Positions 57,295-64,000 of a DNA stretch of 64,000 bases are shown here, one piece after another. A model generated the notes under the pieces. That model worked only from the letters and a program-made list of their open reading frames with translations. It was not told where the DNA came from and made no database searches. The position numbers and the translations under genes were made by a program. How positions within the stretch are numbered: position 1 is the stretch's first letter; each line of letters begins with the position of its first letter. The DNA is from Anaerolineales bacterium (GTDB lineage Bacteria > Chloroflexota > Anaerolineae > Anaerolineales > UBA6663): the NCBI GenBank assembly GCA_034434015.1, contig DAOUAB010000059.1, positions 26,971 to 90,970 on the forward strand, in the 5' to 3' direction.

Positions 57295-57439
57295 TCGCGA
57301 GTGCGTCCACGGCCGCGCCGGCGGCGGATGAGGCCCTCGTCCGCCGCCGGCGTTTTCAGGCGGGCGGTCCGTTTGCGTTTTTCTAATACTTCCGGCATAA
57401 ATTGGGGAGCGCTCATAATCCGTCTTGAGGTAACGCGCG

Positions 57440-59317
57440 ATGACCAACGCTACGGCCCCCGAGACCGTCCCCTTCCGCACCGAAATCCGCCAGCTGCTCA
57501 ACATCCTCATCCACTCCCTGTACACCGACCGCGAGATTTTCCTGCGCGAGCTGATCTCCAACGCCTCCGACGCCCTGCACCGCCTGCAGTTCGAGATGCT
57601 GACCAATGCGCATGTGCTCGACCCCGACGCGGAGCTGGCGATCCGGATCACGGCCGACAAGGAGGCGCGCACGCTGACCATCAGCGACACCGGCCTGGGC
57701 ATGACGCACGATGAGCTGGTGGAGAACCTGGGCACCATTGCGCACTCGGGCGCGGCCGAGTTCCTGAAGTCGCTTCAGGCCGGCAAGAAGATGTCCGACC
57801 TGATCGGCCAGTTCGGCGTGGGCTTCTACTCGGTCTTCATGGTGGCCGACGAGGTGCGGGTGACGTCGCGCTCCTTCCGCCCGGAGGCCGCCGCCTGGAC
57901 CTGGATCTGCGCCGGCGAGGACCGCTTCACGCTGGAGCCGGCGCAGAAAGAGAAGCGCGGCACGGACATCGTCGTCAGGCTCAAGGAGGATGCGGCCGAG
58001 TTCGCCGAGGCCTGGCGCCTGGAACAGGTGATCCATAAGCACTCGGATTTCATCTCCTTCCCGGTCTACGTCGGCGACAAGATCGTTAACCGCCAGACGC
58101 CGCTCTGGCGCCAGCCGCGGACCGAGATCACGGACGAGGCCGCCCACGAGTTCTACAAGCAGTTGACGCTGGACTTCGAGGCGCCGCTGCTGCGGATTCA
58201 CATGCACACGGACTCGCCGGTGCAGATTTACGCCCTGCTGTTTGTGCCGGCCAAGGCCGAGCCGGGCGTGTTCAGCCTGCGCAAGGAGCCCGGCCTCAAG
58301 CTGTACTCGCGCAAGATCCTGATTCAGGAATACGCCAAAGACCTGCTCCCGAATTATCTGCGCTTCATGCAGGGCGTGGTCGAGTCCGAGGACCTGCCGC
58401 TCAACGTCAGCCGCGAGACGGTGCAATCCAGCAAGTTCATGGAGCGCATCCGGAACGCCCTGACGCACAAAGTGATCGAGAGCTTCAAGGAGCTGGCGGC
58501 CAAAGACCCGGACAAGTACCAGGTCTTCTGGAAGACCTACGGCCCGTTCCTGAAGGAGGGTCTGGCCACCGACCCGTCGGCGCGCGACAAGCTCAAGCCG
58601 CTGCTGCGTTTCCAGTCATCGCAGACCGTGGACGACGAGCGCATCTCGCTGGCGCAATACGTCGGGCGCATGAAGCCCGAGCAGCGCGAGATCTACTACC
58701 TGCTGGCCGACGATCCGCAGTCCGCGGCGCGCAGCCCGCACCTGGATCCCTTCCGCCAGGCCCGGCTGGAAGTGCTCTTTCTGACGGATCCGCTCGACTC
58801 GTTTATGCTGGCCGGCCTGCAGAATTACGAGGGCTTCGCCCTGAAGAACGCGGCCAGCGCCGACGTCGACGTGGCCAAAGGCGACGACCCCGCGGAAACG
58901 CCGGCGGCCGAGGCCCTGCCGCCGGGCGAGCTGGAGGCGCTGATCGCGCGTTTCAAGACCCAGCTGGGCGAGCGCGTTACGGATGTGCGCGTCTCCGAGC
59001 GCCTGGTGGACAGCCCGCTGCGGCTGGCGGCGCCCGGCGACGGCCGTGAGCAGGAGATGGACCGGGTCCGCCGGCTGATTGAAAAAGACTACAGCGTGCC
59101 CAAGCGTCTGGTGGAGGTCAATGCGCGCCACCCGCTGATCAAGGGGCTGGCCGGCCGGCTGGCGGCCGGCGGCGACGACCGCCTGGTGAGCGACGCGATC
59201 GAGCAGCTCTACGAGAACGGCCTGTTGCTGGAGGGCCTGCACCCCAACCCGGCGCAGATGGTCGGCCGGATTCAGGCTCTGATGGAAGCGGCCGTGAGCG
59301 GCGACCGTCGGCAGTAG
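57440..59317 (+). CDS. htpG: Chaperone HtpG (Hsp90)
   Basis: YTDREIFLRELISNASDA, DTGLGM, IGQFGVGFYS, LPLNVSRE. Confidence 0.97.
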   Translation: MTNATAPETVPFRTEIRQLLNILIHSLYTDREIFLRELISNASDALHRLQFEMLTNAHVLDPDAELAIRITADKEARTLTISDTGLGMTHDELVENLGTIAHSGAAEFLKSLQAGKKMSDLIGQFGVGFYSVFMVADEVRVTSRSFRPEAAAWTWICAGEDRFTLEPAQKEKRGTDIVVRLKEDAAEFAEAWRLEQVIHKHSDFISFPVYVGDKIVNRQTPLWRQPRTEITDEAAHEFYKQLTLDFEAPLLRIHMHTDSPVQIYALLFVPAKAEPGVFSLRKEPGLKLYSRKILIQEYAKDLLPNYLRFMQGVVESEDLPLNVSRETVQSSKFMERIRNALTHKVIESFKELAAKDPDKYQVFWKTYGPFLKEGLATDPSARDKLKPLLRFQSSQTVDDERISLAQYVGRMKPEQREIYYLLADDPQSAARSPHLDPFRQARLEVLFLTDPLDSFMLAGLQNYEGFALKNAASADVDVAKGDDPAETPAAEALPPGELEALIARFKTQLGERVTDVRVSERLVDSPLRLAAPGDGREQEMDRVRRLIEKDYSVPKRLVEVNARHPLIKGLAGRLAAGGDDRLVSDAIEQLYENGLLLEGLHPNPAQMVGRIQALMEAAVSGDRRQ

Positions 59318-59336
59318 CACAAGGCCGCCGCCAGGC

Positions 59337-59373
59337 GAAGAGCCGACGGTAAGCCCCCGTCGGCTCTTTTTTT
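59337..59373 (+). terminator. htpG terminator
   Basis: aagagccgacgg/ccgtcggctctt + T-run. Confidence 0.8.
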
Positions 59374-59396
59374 TGTCGTCCGTCCCGGCGTCTGCC

Positions 59397-59465
59397 TAGA
59401 ACTTATCTCTAAACCCGCCCGATAGCCGACGGCAGTGCCGTCGGCGACGCCAGAGACAGGCTCTA
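59397..59465. mobile_element. MITE-like element, copy 2 (inverted relative to copy 1), overlapping the pepF stop codon
   Basis: TIRs tagaacttatctct / tagagcctgtctct (11/14); 50-bp identity to 6607..6656. Confidence 0.7.
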
Positions 59466-61226
59466 ATGGAGTTGCTCGAGCTCGTTGATCATGCGGCTGA
59501 TGACGTCGAAGCCGCCCTGCCAGAACTGCGCTGAGGCGATGTTGATGCCGGCCTCCTTGAGGATGCGCGCCGGGGCCTCGGAGCCGCCGTAGGACAGGAT
59601 CTTGAGATAGCGGGGTATGAACGACGCGCCCTCGCGTTTGTAGCGCTCGTAGAGGGCCAGCACCAGCAGCTGGCCGAAGGCGTAGGCGTACACGTAGAAC
59701 GGCGTGCCGTAGAAGTGCGGCACCGCCACCCACTCCCACTTGAACTCGTCGCTCACCTGCACCGCGTCGCCGAACTGCTCGCGGAGCGTCTCCAGGTAGC
59801 GCGCGGCCATCTCGTCGGTCGTCTTGCCCTGGGCGATCAGCGTGTGCGCCTCCTTCTCCCATAACGCAAAGAACCCCTGCCGCCCGACGGTGGCGTAGGC
59901 GTCGTCGAGGGCGCCGGCCAGCAGGTCGCGCCGCACGGCCGGGTCCGGTTCCTGGGCCACCAGCTTCTCGGTCAGCAGCATCTCGGAGAAGACCGAAGCC
60001 GTCTCGGCCAGGGGCAGGGAGGCGTCGAAGACCAGCGTCGGGTGGTCGCCGGCCAGCAGGTAGTGGATGGCGTGGCCCAGCTCGTGGGCGATGGTGGCGA
60101 CGTCGCGGGCCTGGCCGTTATAGTTAATCAGCACCCAGGGCGAGAGGCCGGGCAGCGCGCCGTAGCAGAACGCGCCGCCGCGCTTGCCGGGACGCAGCTC
60201 GGCGTCCACGTGGCCATCGGCGAACACCTGCCGGGCCAACTGGCCGACGCGCGGCGAGAAGGCCTGGAACGTGTCCAGCACCATCTGCACGCCGTCGCTG
60301 TAGGCGATCTTGCGGTCGGATTTGGCCAGCGGGGCGTAGATGTCGTAGCGGCGCAGTTGTTCCAGCCCAAGCCACCTGGCCTTGAGCTTGAAATAGCGCT
60401 GGAAGACGCCGGCGTTCCGGCGGATGACGTCCAGCAGCGTGTCCACCACCTTGTCCGGCAGATTGTTGGCCAGGTTGCGCACGGCGATCGGGCTTTTAAA
60501 CCGGCGCAGGCCGACGTTCTCGTTGCGCCAGTCGGTCATCATGCTGCGGTAGACCTGGGCCAGCACCGGCGCCTGGGCGCTGTAGACGCGGTACAGTTCC
60601 TGGTAGGCCGCCCGGCGCAGGTCCGGGTCCGGGTGGTAGGCGTAGGCCATCAGCGCGTCGCGCGTCAGGGTCCGGCGCTCGCCGTCGACCTCGAGCGTGA
60701 ACTCGAAGCCGCTGGTCAGCATGTCGTAGAGGTTGTCCAGGGCCTGGAAGCCGGTCACGTCCTTGAGGTTGATGACCTTCTCCTCGGCCTCCGAGAGGGT
60801 GTAGGGCTTGAAATTGCGGAGCTGCTCCAGCCAGTAACGCAGGTCGCCGGCCGCGGCCATCAGTCTGGCCGCGCGCTGGTCGTCCAGGGCCTTCCACCAC
60901 AGCGAGAAGAACAGCGTGCGGTTCTGCACCTCAGCCGCGCGGGCCTGGATCTGGCTGAACAGGGCCAGCGCCGCCGAGTCCTGCGTGTCGGCGTAGAAGC
61001 GCAGCGCGGCGTAGACGAACAGCCGCCGGCCGGCGTGGGTCATGGTCTCATAATCGCGCAGCAGCGCCTGGAAGTCCTTGACGGCGATCGTGGGCTTGAG
61101 TTTCTTGCGCCAGGCTTCGACCTTTTTGACCGTCTTGTCGTGGGCGGCCAGCGCCCGGTCGATGGCGGCCTGGTCGCCGCCCGGGATCAGGGCGTCGAGC
61201 GTCCAGCGGGTGGGGGTATAGGGCAT
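59463..61226 (-). CDS. pepF: M3B oligoendopeptidase F
   Basis: AHELGHAIH zinc motif, LAETAS-FSE, HFY..YVYAY. Confidence 0.92.
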   Translation of the reverse strand: MPYTPTRWTLDALIPGGDQAAIDRALAAHDKTVKKVEAWRKKLKPTIAVKDFQALLRDYETMTHAGRRLFVYAALRFYADTQDSAALALFSQIQARAAEVQNRTLFFSLWWKALDDQRAARLMAAAGDLRYWLEQLRNFKPYTLSEAEEKVINLKDVTGFQALDNLYDMLTSGFEFTLEVDGERRTLTRDALMAYAYHPDPDLRRAAYQELYRVYSAQAPVLAQVYRSMMTDWRNENVGLRRFKSPIAVRNLANNLPDKVVDTLLDVIRRNAGVFQRYFKLKARWLGLEQLRRYDIYAPLAKSDRKIAYSDGVQMVLDTFQAFSPRVGQLARQVFADGHVDAELRPGKRGGAFCYGALPGLSPWVLINYNGQARDVATIAHELGHAIHYLLAGDHPTLVFDASLPLAETASVFSEMLLTEKLVAQEPDPAVRRDLLAGALDDAYATVGRQGFFALWEKEAHTLIAQGKTTDEMAARYLETLREQFGDAVQVSDEFKWEWVAVPHFYGTPFYVYAYAFGQLLVLALYERYKREGASFIPRYLKILSYGGSEAPARILKEAGINIASAQFWQGGFDVISRMINELEQLH

Positions 61227-61238
61227 GCTTGTCCTCTC

Positions 61239-62339
61239 TTATTTCTTCGCCGGGGGGCTGAAGCGGATGTTCAGGATGTCGCCGTCCTGCACGGCGTACT
61301 CTTTGCCTTCCAGCCGGAACCGGCCTTTGGCCTTGAGTTCGGCCACGCCCCCGAATTGTATCAGGTCTGCATAGCTGTAGACCTCGGCCCGGATGAAGCC
61401 TTCGCGCAAGTCGGTGTGGATTTCGCCGGCCGCCTCCGGGGCGGTGGCGCCGCGCCGGGTGGTCCAGGCGCGCACCTCGTCCTCGCCCACGGTGAAGAAG
61501 GACTGCAGGCCGAGCAGGTCGTACGAGATCTGGATGACGCGGTCCAGGCCGAGCTGGGCGATGCCGTATTCCTGCATGAACAGGGCAGCGTCCTCGGGCG
61601 GGAGCTGGGCCAGCTCCATCTCCAGCTTGCCCTTGAGCTTCACGGACCGCGCGCCCGCGCCCACCTGCGCCGGCGTCGGCACGCTGTCCTCGTCGCCGAT
61701 GTTGAAAACCACCAGCATCGGCTTGCGGGTGAGCAACTGGTAACTGGAGATTTGCTTTTCTTCCAGCGGCGAAAGCTCCAGAGCGCGCAGGGGCTGGCCG
61801 GCGGCCAGGGTGTCTTTGAGCCGCGTGAACAGCGCGATCTCCTGGGCGTGCAGGCCCTTGTCCTTGACGAGGCCCTTGCGCGCGTCCTCGTTCAGGCGTT
61901 CCAGCTTGCGCTCCACGGCCAGCAGGTCGTTGAGCAGCAGCTCGCCGTCCACGGTCGCCAGGTCGCGGGCCGGGTCCACCGCGCCGGAGGGGTGGGGGAC
62001 GGTCGGGTTCTCGAAGGCGCGGACGACGTGCAGGAAGCCGTCCATGGTGGCCAGCGCGTTGAGCAGCGGGCCGGAGAAACCGGTCTTCTCGGCCGCCGCG
62101 TCGCCGGCGGCCTCCAGGCCGGCGATGTCGGCGTAGGTCACCTGGGCGTAGATGGTCTTGCGCGGCTTGAAGATCGCGGACAGGCGGTCGACGCGCTCAT
62201 CCGGCACCGGGACGACGGCGGTCTGGACCTCGAAGCGCCCGACCTGGCGCGCGCCGCCGACCGGCTTGTCGCCGCGGGTCAGGGCGTTGAAGACCGTGGT
62301 TTTGCCTGCCTGCGGCAGGCCGAGGATGCCGAGTTTCAT
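61239..62339 (-). CDS. ychF: Redox-regulated ATPase YchF
   Basis: GLPQAGKTT, DIAGL, FFTVGEDEVRAWT, IHTDL..GFIRAEV, EGKEY-VQDGD. Confidence 0.95.
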   Translation of the reverse strand: MKLGILGLPQAGKTTVFNALTRGDKPVGGARQVGRFEVQTAVVPVPDERVDRLSAIFKPRKTIYAQVTYADIAGLEAAGDAAAEKTGFSGPLLNALATMDGFLHVVRAFENPTVPHPSGAVDPARDLATVDGELLLNDLLAVERKLERLNEDARKGLVKDKGLHAQEIALFTRLKDTLAAGQPLRALELSPLEEKQISSYQLLTRKPMLVVFNIGDEDSVPTPAQVGAGARSVKLKGKLEMELAQLPPEDAALFMQEYGIAQLGLDRVIQISYDLLGLQSFFTVGEDEVRAWTTRRGATAPEAAGEIHTDLREGFIRAEVYSYADLIQFGGVAELKAKGRFRLEGKEYAVQDGDILNIRFSPPAKK

Positions 62340-62398
62340 AGGCGGTGGGTGACTTGTGGCCGTAGACCGGGCGTTCTATAAGGGCGACACTGACAGGG

Positions 62399-63223
62399 AT
62401 GACTGAGCCTGTGCATTCTAACTCAGAAGAACTCCGGCGTCTGTATGTGGTCGAAGGCCTGACGGTGGAAGCGATGGCGCGCTGGCTGGGCTGCGGCGCG
62501 ACGACCGTCATCCGCCGGCTGGCGGCGCTGGGCGTGCCGCGCCGGCCGCGCGGGCCTCAACCGGCGTCGCGCACGGACTTCGCCGGCTGGTCCGCGCCGC
62601 TGGCGTATGCCGTGGGCCTGATTGCGACGGATGGCAATCTGTCGCCAGATGGTCGACACATCAGCCTCACCTCCAAGGACACCGATCTGCTGCAAACCGT
62701 GAAAACGATCCTGGGGCTTCCCAACGCGATCACGGCGAATAGCAACGGGCAGGGGGGCTTTGCCTGCCGAATCCAGTGGGGGGACCGTGTCATGTATCAA
62801 TGGTTGCTCTCCATTGGTTTGATGCCGGCTAAAAGCCTTCGCCTCGGTCCGCTGCTGATCCCCGACGAGTTCTTCCGCGATTTTCTGCGTGGTTGTATTG
62901 ACGGCGACGGCTCCATCATCACTTACACCGACCGTTACAACACAGTCAAGAACGCGAAGTACGTCTATGAACGGTTGTTCGTCATACTGGTGTCCGCCAG
63001 CCGACCATTCCTCGAATGGAGCCACGACACCGTGACCCGGCTAATTGGCCTTCGCGGTGCTGTGATCACTCGGGAATTAAAGCCACTCAAACATGCTATT
63101 TCGATGTTGAAGTACGCCAAGCATGACTCGATCCGGCTCTTGAACTGGCTCTACTATGCGCCAGACGTCCACTGCCTGGCTCGCAAGAAGGCAATCGCGC
63201 TGCCCTTTCTCCATCGCCCATGA
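62399..63223 (+). CDS. Free-standing LAGLIDADG endonuclease-like protein with an N-terminal HTH
   Basis: LAYAVGLIATDGNL and DFLRGCIDGDGSI (two motifs); TVEAMARWLGCGATTV HTH. Confidence 0.85.
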   Translation: MTEPVHSNSEELRRLYVVEGLTVEAMARWLGCGATTVIRRLAALGVPRRPRGPQPASRTDFAGWSAPLAYAVGLIATDGNLSPDGRHISLTSKDTDLLQTVKTILGLPNAITANSNGQGGFACRIQWGDRVMYQWLLSIGLMPAKSLRLGPLLIPDEFFRDFLRGCIDGDGSIITYTDRYNTVKNAKYVYERLFVILVSASRPFLEWSHDTVTRLIGLRGAVITRELKPLKHAISMLKYAKHDSIRLLNWLYYAPDVHCLARKKAIALPFLHRP

Positions 63224-63268
63224 CTTCACACTTCGCCCAGGTCTCAGCTATAATTTGAATATCCCCAT

Positions 63269-63351
63269 GCCGAGGTGGCGGAAAGGCTTACGCGGTGGTC
63301 TCAAAAACCACTGTCCTCACGGACATGAGGGTTCAAATCCCTCCCTCGGCA
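63269..63351 (+). tRNA. tRNA-Leu(CAA), long variable arm, CCA not encoded
   Basis: GCCGAGG/CCTCGGC acceptor, GTGGT-CTCAAAA-ACCAC anticodon arm, GGTTCAAATCC T-arm. Confidence 0.92.
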
Positions 63352-63428
63352 CTCAGAACGCGACGGCGCGCCCGTCGCGTTTTGCTTCTGTTTGCGGCGC
63401 GGCGCTGTTCTGTGGCACAATCCCGGTG

Positions 63429-63791
63429 ATGTCACGCGGCGCGGTGATCACGTTCCTCGTCACGCTGGCGCTCGGCCTGGGCGCCGGGCTGTATATCGGC
63501 TGGGTGGCGGCGCCGGTCCAGTACGTGAACACCGCGCCGGCCTCGCTGCGCCAATCGGCCAAAGATGACGCCGTCCTCATGATCGCCACGGTCTATGCCA
63601 ACGACGGCGACCGGGAGGCCGCGCGCGCCCGCCTGGCCGAGCTGGGCTTCGCCGACCCCGGCTCCGCCGTCGCCGCCGCCGGCCTGCGCGCCCTGGAGGC
63701 CGGCGCGGCGGAGGCCGATGTGCGCCGCCTGGCGGGCCTGGCCGCCGCCTTCGGGCCGCTCCCGCCCCAACTCCAGCCTTTTCAACCATGA
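63429..63791 (+). CDS. Small membrane-anchored hypothetical protein
   Basis: TM segment then YIGWVAAPVQYVNTAPASL..ATVYA-DGD. Confidence 0.75.
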   Translation: MSRGAVITFLVTLALGLGAGLYIGWVAAPVQYVNTAPASLRQSAKDDAVLMIATVYANDGDREAARARLAELGFADPGSAVAAAGLRALEAGAAEADVRRLAGLAAAFGPLPPQLQPFQP

Positions 63792-64000
63792 AGCGCCTGA
63801 TGGCTTTCCTTGGCCTGGCCGCCGGACTCGGCCTGGGGCTCCTGTACGCCTGGGTGCTCAGCCCGGTCGAGTACGTGAACACGGAGCCGGCCTCGCTGGC
63901 CCCGCAGTATCAGGCGGCCTGGATGCAATGGGCGGCTGAGGCTTACGCCGTGGACGGCGACGTGGAGCGCGCCCGCGCTCGGGTGGCGATCCTGGGTGTG
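63788..64000 (+). CDS. Paralogous membrane-anchored protein, truncated by the window end
   Basis: MKRLMAFLGLAAGLGLGLLYAWVLSPVEYVNTEPASL..YAVDGD; ATGA overlap with the previous gene. Confidence 0.75.
   Translation, partial: MKRLMAFLGLAAGLGLGLLYAWVLSPVEYVNTEPASLAPQYQAAWMQWAAEAYAVDGDVERARARVAILGV

Noticed and set aside
63269-63351. Group I intron or intein hosting the LAGLIDADG ORF
   Set aside because: The tRNA is contiguous, ychF is uninterrupted, and the ORF has no intein splicing termini.

Overview
High-GC bacterial chromosome segment, most likely Chloroflexota (Anaerolineae-like); this is inferred from the gene set and protein style. Housekeeping content: three tandem M42 peptidases with pdxH; an archaeal-type HMG-CoA synthase/thiolase/DUF35 cluster; infA; hrcA-grpE-dnaK-dnaJ-prmA with a perfect CIRCE; prfA-prmC; lexA; surE; csp; rnj; moaA; htpG; pepF; ychF; tRNA-Val(CAC) and tRNA-Leu(CAA). 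Signalling genes are dense: three NarL-type two-component systems and a Cache-PAS-GAF-HD-GYP protein. The standout feature is a ~2290-aa ORF (26939..33811, minus strand) in which four FtsX/MacB-type ABC permease modules are fused in frame to two TM-sensor-TM-HAMP units and a class III nucleotidyl cyclase. It is followed directly by a LolD/MacB-type ATPase, which makes it a candidate ABC transporter-coupled cyclase. Other notable observations: a thiolase lacking its catalytic Cys and His residues; a ~5.2-kb ABC/two-component module bounded by a duplicated gene 3' end; a 59-aa Gly-rich membrane peptide missed by the ORF track; a MITE present twice; an attenuator-like infA leader; an in-frame TAG in dnaK; a candidate small RNA; and a free-standing LAGLIDADG gene beside tRNA-Leu. 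All assignments come from reading motifs by eye; no database searches were run.
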